Made by a program: the position numbers and the translations under genes. The notes beneath the pieces are model-generated. The model did not search any database, had not been told where the DNA came from, and was given only the letters and a program-made list of their open reading frames with translations. DNA of 63,625 nt, the filler included, from Asterionella formosa (taxonomy: Eukaryota): assembly GCA_002256025.1 (NCBI GenBank). It is 16 parts of 16 records of this genome, joined end to end, with 100 filler letters (N's around TTAATTAATTAA, not from the genome) between each part and the next. Parts side by side here need not be neighbours in the genome. Positions count along the whole stretch, not along the records: positions 38,420 to 54,730 come from NKIB01004978.1; 15 more parts are not named here. One strand, 5' to 3'. Positions 38,320-49,146 of this stretch are shown piece after piece (within the stretch, counting starts at the first letter, position 1; each line of letters opens with the position of its first letter).

Positions 38320-38766
38320 NNNNNNNNNNNNNNNNNNNNNNNNNNNNNNNNNNNNNNNNNNNNTTAATTAATTAANNNNNNNNNNNNNNNNNNNNNNNNN
38401 NNNNNNNNNNNNNNNNNNNGTCATTTGTCAATAAGTAAACATCTCCAGTCATTTGTCAATAAATGACGAGATGTTTTTGGGTCTTGGTTTCTAATCACTA
38501 CTAAGAATATTGATTCTCGATTCGTTGGATTCCATATATTTTATCACAATACAAGGACCCCAACAGCATCAGGTCCACTTGTGTATTGGTTTTCCCCACT
38601 ATCATTCATTCATTCACATCAGCAATTCTTGTCGTTTTGATTAATATAGAAAATAACGCAGCAGCCCCGCACAGAAAGGCGGAACTGATCAGACAAACGG
38701 GTCTCCAATCATCAGAGTTCCGCCGTTTTCAACAGAGTACACCCAGAAGTACACTTTGTGGCCATT

Positions 38767-41226
38767 ATGCCAATCTCACGCAATAGTATGCGACAACATT
38801 ACGCCGAAATGAGCGACAACGATGATGTCAGCGACTGTGATCTACGTACCCCTCCAACGAACTTGTCTAGAGGTCAAACTGATCCAGTGGCAAGTTGGGC
38901 GAAAAATCCAGCAACAAGGGGCGAACGTGTCAGCGCTCCGTGTCCTTTCCCAACTAGGTCCATGTCGGAACAAACACCGGATGAGATTGACAGTGATAAC
39001 GAAACGCTATTTACAATGTTTTCATGGAGCAAGAAGGACCCTGTCCCAGAGCAAAAGGAATTGTCAGAGATGGAAAACTCTGAAAGCGACCGTATCAACT
39101 CGTCATGGGCTGGTGGTAACAAGGCTCCCAAGATCCATCGGCTTGGGGAATCATTGCGTGATTCGAAACCAGTAGTGACTGCTAGAAAACGATCCAATTC
39201 CAAGGATTTCTTGGACACTGCCACTACCAATAGTACGTCTCGATCCAGCGGTCGGAGCAAAACAAAAGAACGAGAAAACCGCGATGAAAGTAAGGGAAAA
39301 TCCAAGTCAAAGTCATCCTCTCGCAAGTCAAAGTCAAGGAGTTCGAGATCAGTCGATCCTTTCGACCTTGTCGATAGGATGTTATCCAAGTCATTGCTAT
39401 CACATCATCACAACACAAACCGATCCAAATCTGTATCGAACCACAATCGACTAAAGTCGTCAACATGTGTAGACGAGCTTGACGATAATTTTGTCCCGAC
39501 ACGTCGAACTGACGCCATTGACACGAATGGTATTCGTGAGGCTTCGAGACACCGACGTACGAAGATTTCTAGTGACGACGGGGAAGGTACTGTCAGATCT
39601 TCCAGGACCTCAAAGTCATCATCGACAAAAGTAAAGAGGTCGAAATCGGCAGATGAATTTGATCTTAACGACAGCATATTGTTGAAGTCGTCATCTAATA
39701 AAGTTCCATCCGGATCAAAGTCTGTGGATCCTCCGGACGGAGTCTCTGGATTCATCAAACATGAACCAACGACAAATGATTCACGCCGCAGCAACACTAT
39801 TGACCCAGCATTTGATCCATCATTTTTCGAAAATAAGGGATTGAAGCGGAATAAATCTGTCGATATGTGTGATGAATTCTTTACTAGAGGTAACTTGTTC
39901 ACACCAAGTGCTCCTACTCGCCACGAGTCTTTTGACGATTCTGCATCCCGCACCAGTACCAAGTCCTCGGTAAGCCGTTCCACGACTTCGTACTTCTCCG
40001 GATTGACCCGCAGTCGCTCGTCACGACTTCAACCGGTGTCGTCCCGAAGTTCCAAAATGTCAAATGGAATACCAGACTCCATGTCCGTCTCTCGGAGTAC
40101 TCCTACATTTAGAAATAATGTTGACATGATGGATGATGCCCATCACTCTGGAAATTCCAAAAATGTGCAATTTGATCCTCCCTCCCATAGTCGCTTGTCT
40201 GATCGGAACAAGCCACGATACTTCAAAAATGATTTGCTTTTCGAGGATGTGATTCATGAAGAGTCTCGTCATCACTCGTCTAAGAAAACAAATTCTACAA
40301 GTCTGGAGCATCCTGCGACAACAGAACGAAAGAACAGTTCATCTAAGGGCTCGGAACATGGCCACACTATTACGGAAAAACATCTTACATCCAAGACTAA
40401 ATCCAAAAGCTCCACGAAAAAGTCGAGTGCGTCCAAGGATGCCTTTGACGATCGCGTGAGAGAAGCATTGTCTCGGACCAAATCAAGTAAATCAAGCAGC
40501 GGTGATAAAAGTGTTGGTAAAAAGAAACATCGAGACGACGATGACAAGGACTTATTGCCCAAGGTACCATTTCCTATCTCACAGAGCGCTCCGATGTTAC
40601 GAAATACTACTGGGTCATTGGCTACTCTCGCTGGGAATTCCAGAAATATCACCTTTGATGTAATGAAAAGCAGCCAGATTTCGGAAAGGAAGAAGATGTC
40701 ACGAGGTTCCAAGAATGAATTGCGTTCGGAGGGTGTGATTCATGACGAATATCATCATTCGCCGCACATTAGCCATTCTTCCAACGATCTTTTGGATCGT
40801 GCGAAACGTGAGAAGAAGAGCAGCTCGTCTTCGGACCATTCCCGTGCGATCAAGGGGCCAGAGCATTTTTGTAGCACGACAGTCGGGCGACGTTCTTCCA
40901 AGAGTAAAACTGCCAAAGATACACGATCCCACAGAATGTCCCCGAAAAGGTCGAGTCCGACTCGTTATCCCTTTGAAGATCGCCTTGGACAAGCGGGGGC
41001 TCGAAGCAAATTGAGTCAATCAGGCAACAGCGACGAAGTTATTAGTAAACAGAAGCATCGAGATGAAGATGAAGTGGAATTATTGCCTAAAGTCATGGCG
41101 GTTGACCTGCGTGATCTCATGGCAAATGTGTATCTGGAAGTTGACACGCCAGTGTCACGCGATCCAAATGATGAGTTTGAACGTATTTATGAAGACGAGG
41201 TGCAAGGCTACTTGTGGAAATATTAA
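38767..41226 (+). CDS. Large Ser/Lys/Arg-rich, probably disordered protein (about 820 aa)
   Basis: 2.46-kb uninterrupted ORF of low complexity; short conserved-looking C-terminus (DLRDLMANVYLEVD...DEFERIYEDEVQGYLW). Confidence 0.75.
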   Translation: MPISRNSMRQHYAEMSDNDDVSDCDLRTPPTNLSRGQTDPVASWAKNPATRGERVSAPCPFPTRSMSEQTPDEIDSDNETLFTMFSWSKKDPVPEQKELSEMENSESDRINSSWAGGNKAPKIHRLGESLRDSKPVVTARKRSNSKDFLDTATTNSTSRSSGRSKTKERENRDESKGKSKSKSSSRKSKSRSSRSVDPFDLVDRMLSKSLLSHHHNTNRSKSVSNHNRLKSSTCVDELDDNFVPTRRTDAIDTNGIREASRHRRTKISSDDGEGTVRSSRTSKSSSTKVKRSKSADEFDLNDSILLKSSSNKVPSGSKSVDPPDGVSGFIKHEPTTNDSRRSNTIDPAFDPSFFENKGLKRNKSVDMCDEFFTRGNLFTPSAPTRHESFDDSASRTSTKSSVSRSTTSYFSGLTRSRSSRLQPVSSRSSKMSNGIPDSMSVSRSTPTFRNNVDMMDDAHHSGNSKNVQFDPPSHSRLSDRNKPRYFKNDLLFEDVIHEESRHHSSKKTNSTSLEHPATTERKNSSSKGSEHGHTITEKHLTSKTKSKSSTKKSSASKDAFDDRVREALSRTKSSKSSSGDKSVGKKKHRDDDDKDLLPKVPFPISQSAPMLRNTTGSLATLAGNSRNITFDVMKSSQISERKKMSRGSKNELRSEGVIHDEYHHSPHISHSSNDLLDRAKREKKSSSSSDHSRAIKGPEHFCSTTVGRRSSKSKTAKDTRSHRMSPKRSSPTRYPFEDRLGQAGARSKLSQSGNSDEVISKQKHRDEDEVELLPKVMAVDLRDLMANVYLEVDTPVSRDPNDEFERIYEDEVQGYLWKY

Positions 41227-41302
41227 ACGTACGCCAGCATGGTGACGTACAATCCAGTTAAATAAAATAGATAAACACTGTTTTTGAAGTCGTGCTATCT
41301 TC

Positions 41303-42049
41303 TTATCCTTCGACTGGTAAAATTGCAAGTCGATACCAATCTTTGGTTTCTCCTCGGGTACTCCAAACCGACAGATGCTTGGCATGAAATGGTCGAAGCA
41401 AGTGTTGAGGTATTTCCTTTTCTGTATAATTCTTCAACCAAGTTCCATAACATTCTGGTGCGTAGACAAACGCCATGTGAGGTGAATAGTTGTCACTGCC
41501 ACTACCACCACCACTGTGCCTCTCATCAGGAGGAAAGACTTGTTTCACTGCTCGTTGCAAATCAACAAGCCATTTCGATTTTTCTAGCAGAAGCATGGAA
41601 ATGGAACAGCCAAAGCCTCTTCCATGGTCCGCTGATTTTGGATAATGCATGTAATGAAACGATGTAGGTACGAAAAAGTGGAGAGAGTGACTACTATGCT
41701 GCATTTCCTTGTTCAACATTGCTTTTCGTTGTGACTGAAACAATTGTTTGGCTTCATACAACAGATCCATGGCTTTTTCTTGTTCTTGTTCTCCACTACT
41801 ACCGCAACTACCTCTACTACTGCTACTGGACGCAGGTATGGGTGGGACGATGTTGTAGAGCAATGTACAATGAGGAATAATGGTGTACACTCCCCGTGCT
41901 GGTCCTCCACACTTTCTCTGTAAGTGCGAACATTCGTCAAAAATATCCTTGGATGTTTCTGGACATGGTTCGAGCCAGACTGACCATCCCTCAAAAATGT
42001 GAGAGAACGATTGAGTAGGGTCGTTAGGGTAGTGAGTAGTTGCAGTCAT
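41303..42049 (-). CDS. 2H phosphoesterase (cyclic phosphodiesterase, CPDase-like)
   Basis: GWSVWLEP, first motif PHCTL, second motif PHMAFVY, C-terminal LSVWSTRG...DW. Confidence 0.7.
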   Translation of the reverse strand: MTATTHYPNDPTQSFSHIFEGWSVWLEPCPETSKDIFDECSHLQRKCGGPARGVYTIIPHCTLLYNIVPPIPASSSSSRGSCGSSGEQEQEKAMDLLYEAKQLFQSQRKAMLNKEMQHSSHSLHFFVPTSFHYMHYPKSADHGRGFGCSISMLLLEKSKWLVDLQRAVKQVFPPDERHSGGGSGSDNYSPHMAFVYAPECYGTWLKNYTEKEIPQHLLRPFHAKHLSVWSTRGETKDWYRLAILPVEG

Positions 42050-43180
42050 TTTAGCTAAAAATGGTCCTGTTTTTGTCAATGATTTGATGAGGATCAAGAA
42101 TTAATGAAGGAACAACTAATAAATTATCCAAGAATTATTACCGGAGGTCAATTTTTACGAACGACCTACAGGCAAAGCAAGCAGCATGCATATATTCTGA
42201 GTCTGCAAAATTTGCATTGTTGTCAGCCTTTAGCTGACACATCATGTGAAGGGATTATTATTGGTTGCATTTAGATACACTATGTACTGGTAAGCAGAAA
42301 ATAAAATACCGGTATGAACATATGGATGCAATTTAGAATTATCCTGTCTTATCCAGTGCTTTCAAGGACTGTATTGCAAAGTTGCAATGTTCTCTGGATA
42401 GGTGCAGGTGCTGCCCTACTTGCCAAGTCACACTATGCTGATCAATTGTCCTTTGCTACTTCATCAGAACCCATGCCAGAGAATGTGAGCATGACTGTGA
42501 AGCAGCAGTATGTTTCCCAAGCTAGTACAGAGAAGGTGAACAACACAACAAAGAAAAAGTTGGCAGTATCAAGCAAGGATGAAGTAGCAAGGGTCAAGGT
42601 TAACAAAAGGAGTTGGCATTGATTGAAGTGGAGATACCTCTGCTGGCAGCAAAAGCATGTCAAACCAAGCTGCAGTGAAGGATTCGAGTGCAGTTAGCTA
42701 TTGATATGCATTTCTGCAGAAGATATCACAAGACAAAAGTGGTGGTGAGCCCTGCCCCACAGACTGGTACATTCAGAAAATGAATTACAACAGAAAATGT
42801 AATCTGTACAGAGTGTAAATGATGGTCATGACACTACCCACAAGAACATTAAAAGGGTACTTTACAGACATGGAATAAATATGTAAAGGAATAATTTTTA
42901 TGAAGAAATAGGATTTGTATGCAGAGGAGGATGGAGCCTTAGCATGCAGGATTCCAATGGAATGATGGTCAAGTAGTGGTACACGAGCAAGGAGAGCATA
43001 ATGAAAGCAAAACAAACCTGATCAAGAGTGGGTTATTTACCACAGCTAATGAGTAGGACTCAACAATGGTGTGCATACAATGAAAAATTCCCTACCAGAA
43101 ATATAGCATGTGGATTCCATTTTGAGAAAATGATTTAATAGTTATAGTGGTAGTATGTATGGCTTCAACTCATTTTGAGT

Positions 43181-43516
43181 TTACACTCGGGATGGGTACA
43201 GCATCACACGGACTCGTCCCCCAATGGCTTGTGGTGGTAAATTCCTAGCAAAGCGACAACGGACAACTCCATTGGCCCCATGAGCACGGCATACCTTGCC
43301 CCACGTGACACGAAACTTGTTTCCAAATTTATCCGCCACCTTGGCTTTGGTAATAAAGGCAATTTTCTTTCCAAAGTAAAATTCCGCATCGTCTTTGGAA
43401 TCGACACCCTTGATTTTAATCAATGACACGGTGTTGTTCTGATTGCGCAATCCTCGTTGGTATCCAAGAATGGCACCATCAACGTGGAGGCGGGGTGATC
43501 GTTTGGATTCTGACAT
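43181..43516 (-). CDS. RPL35A: 60S ribosomal protein eL33 (L35a)
   Basis: RLHVDGAILGYQRGLRNQ, FYFGKKIAF, WGKVCRAHGANGVVR, RVMLYPSRV. Confidence 0.96.
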   Translation of the reverse strand: MSESKRSPRLHVDGAILGYQRGLRNQNNTVSLIKIKGVDSKDDAEFYFGKKIAFITKAKVADKFGNKFRVTWGKVCRAHGANGVVRCRFARNLPPQAIGGRVRVMLYPSRV

Positions 43517-44630
43517 GATGACTGTAACTGTAACTGTAACGAGTACAACATGATTAGTTATATGTAAATAGAGAATGACACACCGAGGTGTGAGAGGAAA
43601 TGGTAGAAACAACAATTAACAAGAGATGTGATGCCGTTTCCATTTCAAAATCTAGTCTTGCGCCTTTCACTCCATAACATTCCTTCCTCCGCTTGTCTTG
43701 TATTGCTACACTTCCACTATCTACAGAAGCAAACAACTGAAACAACCAAACAAACACACCTTGATGAATTGCAATAACGACAACTACAAGGACAGTGTGA
43801 TGAAAATTGTATTGCAGTGATTCGATGCGACGTACAATCAGTAGTGCCAGGAAGTAGGCGCTGTCGTGGTGTGTTGGTGCTGCAAGGTTTCGCGTGTGGC
43901 CCTGGCTTGGACTAGACCCGGATGTAGTTATAAGTAAAAGGTAAATGAAACGAGAATGCCTTCTTGGCATTTCTGGATGAACTCTGACAATACCTCTCCT
44001 GTAAAATCCATTCTGCTACCTCACTACCAAGGAGTGCCTCGTAAGTACGTCTGTCCACGTTGAGTAACTACCGTATAGCATATGTACCCACGCAGCATGG
44101 CAATAATACGTAATTTAAAAGTATAAATATTTACATGTAGACTAAGCTACCGGTACCTGGTACAAGGTAGCAGTGGTGCACACTTGGTTACTACATATAC
44201 AATCCATCGTCGGTGTGTAATTTTCATTCCTCCTTTTCTTACAATCACACCACACTCGCATCAAGGTACGAAAGGGAGAATATAGCATCGCACAACTCTG
44301 GCTCATGGGAAGGATCATCATTATCATCAAAGTCTTTTGACGGAAGAGATCGTCGCCATTTTGTAGGATCGGTAATGGAGGATCCACAAACGACGCGATG
44401 GCGTTAAATCAAGGAAACTCGGCAACATGGTGTCTCGTGGTAGCTAGCCGCGCGTGTGCGCAGACCCCTCTCTCCAGAGCCCCAGAATTGCCGTGCTCCT
44501 GTCTATATAGTATCCAAGTCTTGGCACCTTTCAGTTTCATTTCAACATTGTCTCACACTCTCCATTGTTATTCTACAACCTCACGCACACTCCCTCTCCC
44601 TCCCTCCCTCTCCCTCTCTCGCATTACAAG

Positions 44631-45329
44631 ATGGTTCGCATGTCAGTACTTGCCGATTGTCTCAAGACAATCTCGAATGCCGAAAAGCGTGGACGTCGAC
44701 AGGTCCTTATTCGACCTTCGTCCAAGGTTGTGATTAAGTTTCTTCAAAAGATGCAAGAGCATGGTACGTTTCTCTCTCTCTCTCTTTTGTTGTATGTAGA
44801 CACAAGTTTATATATTCAATATACACTTGTTGAGTTGATTCTGGGGGTTCCATTATTCTCTCTTTTTTCTGCTCGAGAGCGCCACACGAAAGTGACGAGC
44901 TGCCATGACCCGACGCAAGTTCCAACCCCCCAAAGTGAACAAGGTCATTAGAGTATCACACTCACGAAACTATGGTTCATCTACTATCTAGTTTTGCCGT
45001 ACCTTTTGATACACGATACACAAAAAAGCTCACACACTATTATTATTTTTATTATTCACACATACACAGGATACATTGGTGAATTTGAAATTGTCGATGA
45101 TCATCGTGCCAACAAGATTGTGATTGAGTTGACGGGACGTTTGAATAAATGTGGTGTCATTTCTCCACGTTTTGATGTGGAATGTTCAGAAATTGAAAAG
45201 TGGATTGTCAATTTGTTGCCATCCAGACAATTTGGACATGTAATTCTATCCACTACCTATGGGATCATGACACATGAAGAAGCTCGTCGTAAGAAGACTG
45301 GAGGAAAGATTCTTGGATTCTTTTATTAA
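44631..45329 (+). CDS. RPS15A: 40S ribosomal protein uS8 (S15a); 2 exons (44631-44763, 45070-45329)
   Basis: [33 protein letters not shown]...[14 protein letters not shown]...GGKILGFFY; 306-nt GT-AG intron. Confidence 0.97.
44903..45016 (+). ncRNA. Candidate intronic box H/ACA snoRNA
   Basis: Hairpin 1 ATGACC/GGTCAT (44905-44948); box H AGAGTA (44950-44955); hairpin 2 with TCA/TGA base, open pocket and CGAAACTA/TAGTTTTG upper stem; ACA at 45011, 14 nt from the pocket top. Confidence 0.6.
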
Positions 45330-45639
45330 GGACAGAACAAGAAGAGCAAATTAGTATAGGCTATAGTAGAAAGAATAGTATACTATTTATTTTATGAAAG
45401 ACTGTGGATCAAAGTGTGTTGGATTTTTCTATCAGGGCTCTACTTTTGTACTTTGTATGTACAGCAGGTCCTTGATTTATATTACATGACTATAGTACCC
45501 TTGCCTTTGGCAAGAAGAGCCACACTCGAAGGATGAACAAGGACAACATACCGTATTTGTACCATGTCAAAGGTCGCATCATCTACAGAAGTACGGTCGT
45601 AGTAATAGAAGAAATACCAGTGTACATTTCGAATATAGT

Positions 45640-47217
45640 TTACACACACCCCAAATCATGAGCTGCATTATAGTCATAAAGTCTAATCCAACCATACACC
45701 CCATACAAACTGTTGTCATCATCCCCCAAGACTGGTAAACCTTCACTTACCATAGATGGTGCTTTTTTCCATGGGTCACTACTATAAACATTTGGCCAAA
45801 TCAACAATTGTCCAGTTTGTGGTGGAATGGAAAGCCAATCCAAATTTGGAAATCCCATTGCACCACCACCACCACTACCTGTATCTGACAAGCACAAATA
45901 CCATGAAAAGATCCGTGGACCGGCTGGTAAATACAAGTCTTGCGCATTATAATCAGAATGTACTCCATAGGATTGCATATACGTAGAATGCACAAATTCC
46001 AATGGTTCCATATAGGGCAATGGGATAGAAAAAAGTGTGGAAATGTTGAACAGAAGAGATGTGTATATGGGATTTGTGGCACAGTCATTGAAACAGAACG
46101 CTGACTTGCTAGTTCGACGAGTAACATGAAGAGGAATAATGGAGGGCTTCCATTCTTGATCCTTCATCAATTGTATCAAGGCATTGGCACTGTCCTTGGA
46201 TACAAACTCATTTTTGGCAAGCACCCAAGGATCATCAGGATCGTTCTTGATGGATCGTGTGGATGCTACTCTCATGTGTTGATTCAGCAGTCGCTGATAG
46301 ATGGAATCGATGCTTCCATCTGCACTAGAATTAAGGAGTGGTTTCGCATCAGGTAGTCGTTTACCATTGCATTTCTGAAATCGAGCCAAAGCTTCTCCAC
46401 AAAATTGACATGCCAAGGGACAATTGGGCATCATGAATAGAATATTTTCTTCACACTAGTAGTAAATTTTGAAATAGTTTTGTAGCAGCCACAGTGATGG
46501 AGGTGGGTTAGGATTGAGCATACAATTGATACATCATGGTACAATGATACCTAGATAGATATGCACATCTATACATACCTGATTCTCAGCCGCCCAAAAG
46601 GCACATTCTGTATCATTATTAATACAAACCTTTCGTTGATCCCGTGGCAATCTAGTCACATTATGTATCATGTACTGTTCCATGGCTATGAGAGTTGGTT
46701 TAATTTTGGCCTTGTCTGCTTGCGATATTCCAATGGATTGTTGTACGCCGTGTGATTCTCTGGCATATAGGATACGTAATACAATGTCATTTTCGTCCAA
46801 TGGGTTATCTTTTCGATTTCGAAGGGCCGTCACATTGATGCATTGGAAGCATGCTGCTGGACACACGTGATGGACATAATTTGGATTCAAGATACATTCG
46901 CCCGTGGCAGCCCAAGTGTCACAAAGGGAATGGAAATTGGTGCAATCGGCGTCTTCTATTTCTGTGCATAGGGCACAGGAGGAACGACAATGCTTGTGCA
47001 TGTAGGCAGCATTGTTATCGCATTCTCCACGAGAGGCCCAATAACGACAGATTGGATTCAAATCAGAACAGGGCGCACGACTGCATGTTGTCGAACCGTC
47101 AGCTTCGTTAACGACGCATTGAAGTTCGTTGTGGTCTGCCGTTTGTTGTCCGAATGTGAGACGAAGGAGTATGGACGCAAAGAGGAATAGAGAAATGAGT
47201 GTCGCTGTCGTCGTCAT
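45640..47217 (-). CDS. Secreted ShKT-domain protein with a prolyl 4-hydroxylase-like domain; 2 exons (47217-46579, 46455-45640)
   Basis: Signal peptide; three ShK-type repeats (C..WA..GEC..N..YM...C..SC..C); intron 46578-46456; P4H-like RRTS..AF, HSD, GPRIFSWYLCLSD, GG...FP, LIWPNV. Confidence 0.85.
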
Positions 47218-47698
47218 GGTGGTAAACAGGACATGTATTAGCTACCGGTATCCTGGTTTGTATTTAGCTAAAATGATAGTACATTTGTCTACCGGTACGG
47301 TACTTTCCTTCGTTCACATTCTTAGTCATTTATTACCATTTAGAACTGGAGTTTCATGATTTTATGATTTGACTATATTAGAGCATCGCCACCGCATCGA
47401 CCAAATACCAAAGCCAATTGCAGTTGAAAATATCAATACACGTCACTTGGTCGAGAAATTTTTTATCAATAGTCGAATTTTTCATTTTTTTTTCTCACCG
47501 CATCGACCAAATCCTAGAATAGTCAAATCTCGCGCCGAAACTTTAGCGAATAGAAATAGCACTAGAATGTTGTTACATGTGTATCGTTATATCAATAAAC
47601 CCGATCACTACCAATAAGAAAATGATGGGACTGTGTGGTGTGTGGTGAGTACCAGGGTACCAGGTACCAGGTACTCTAAATATCTGCCTGATGAAATG

Positions 47699-49146
47699 TA
47701 GCAGAGGAATATTGCAGCATACCTCTGATAAAGTCATTCAATGGTGAACATCAACAGTAGTTTGTTGGAAGATACATATGTCCAACACGTATGTATGTGC
47801 CAGTACTTCAATATTTGGATTTATGACAGACAGCGTACTGCTACCTGCAGTATGCTGACACAGTAAGGAATGTAATGAATTTATAGAGCACACATAAGTA
47901 GAAGTAAACAATTGGTAACTGTATTCTCTGTGTCCGGCGGCATATGCTTTTGTCGTGATATGTTCAGCGCTTGTCTATAATTTGCTTACTAGTTTATCAG
48001 ACCTTACTGCTCCTTTCTTGCCTTGGACCCAACATACTTCTGTGAAGGGCTTCGCCATCCTACAGAAGCAAGTGCTGCTGCATACAAATCGTCAACGTGT
48101 TGAAACGTTGCGCGCCATAAGTTTGCTGTTGAAGGCATTTTCTGGCAGACCTTCGCTGCCCATAGTGGCGCTCCAGCGTTGTTGCAGACCGCCACCTGTG
48201 CGTCATGGTTGTTGCCAGCCCTCACTACCCACTTCCGTTGGATACTTGCTCTAATTGGTTATGCCCCCCATCCCATCACACTCTACTCTGTACTAAGTAT
48301 AACAGATGCTCACAACGCCCAAAAGAGCCTAACAAGGGGTTTTCTTCCTTTCTTCGTTGTTCCTTTACTTCCATCTCCCAACAGCCAAGGACTCCGCTTG
48401 CCTCGTCGGCTCAGCACTCACCTTCCCTCTTGGGAGAGGAGGGGGGATATTGAACACTCCTGTCTTACTTCATTAAACTAGCACAACTGAGTGGAAAGAC
48501 AGCAGACAGGGGGGATATAATGCACCACAGAAACACAACAGATATTTCAAAGCCTAAGATGGAAAGGCTGACCTATGATTCTTAAAATGGCAACCCAATC
48601 ACACAGTATTTTACCCCAGACAGTGCCATATCAATGCCAAATGCCAGAGGAACACCAAGCCATTGGATGGAAATGGGAACCATGCACACTCTACTCCGTA
48701 AAATTAATTGATGAGCAATGCATTAGAGTTGGTTGGAGATTATTATTGATGAAAATTATTGCAGCAGCAGATCTGTGCTAATTTGAGACACATGGGAATA
48801 ATCACCTGTTGAGCATAATTGTGGGCCAAGAATTGAATGAAGGGGAGTAGCAGAGGAATATTGCAGCATACCTCTGATAAAGTCATTCAATGGTGAACAT
48901 CAACAGTAGCATGTTGGAAAATACATATGTCCAAAACGTATGTATGTGCCAGAACGTCAAGATATGGATTTATGACAGGCAGCGTAGTACTGCTACCTGC
49001 AGTATGTTGACACAGTAAGGAATGTAATGAATTTATAGAGCACACATAAGTAGTAGAAGTAAACAATTGGTAACTGTATTCTCTGTGTCCACCGGCATAT
49101 GCTTTCGTCGTGATATGTTCAGAGCTTGTTTATATTTTGCTTGCTA
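47699..49146 (+). mobile_element. Complete non-autonomous (internally deleted) copia-type LTR element: LTRs 47699-47991 and 48848-49146, TSD AAATG
   Basis: Direct repeats of 293 and 299 bp with TAGCA...T(G/A)CTA ends; AAATG at 47694-47698 and 49147-49151; PBS-like GTTTATCAG at 47992; PPT AAGGGGAG before the 3' LTR; no long ORF inside. Confidence 0.9.

Noticed and set aside
43620..43740. Possible second snoRNA in the RPL35A 5'-UTR intron (TGTA-GCAA-TACA hairpin, terminal ACA on the minus strand)
   Set aside because: No ANANNA box between the hairpins and the stems are weak.
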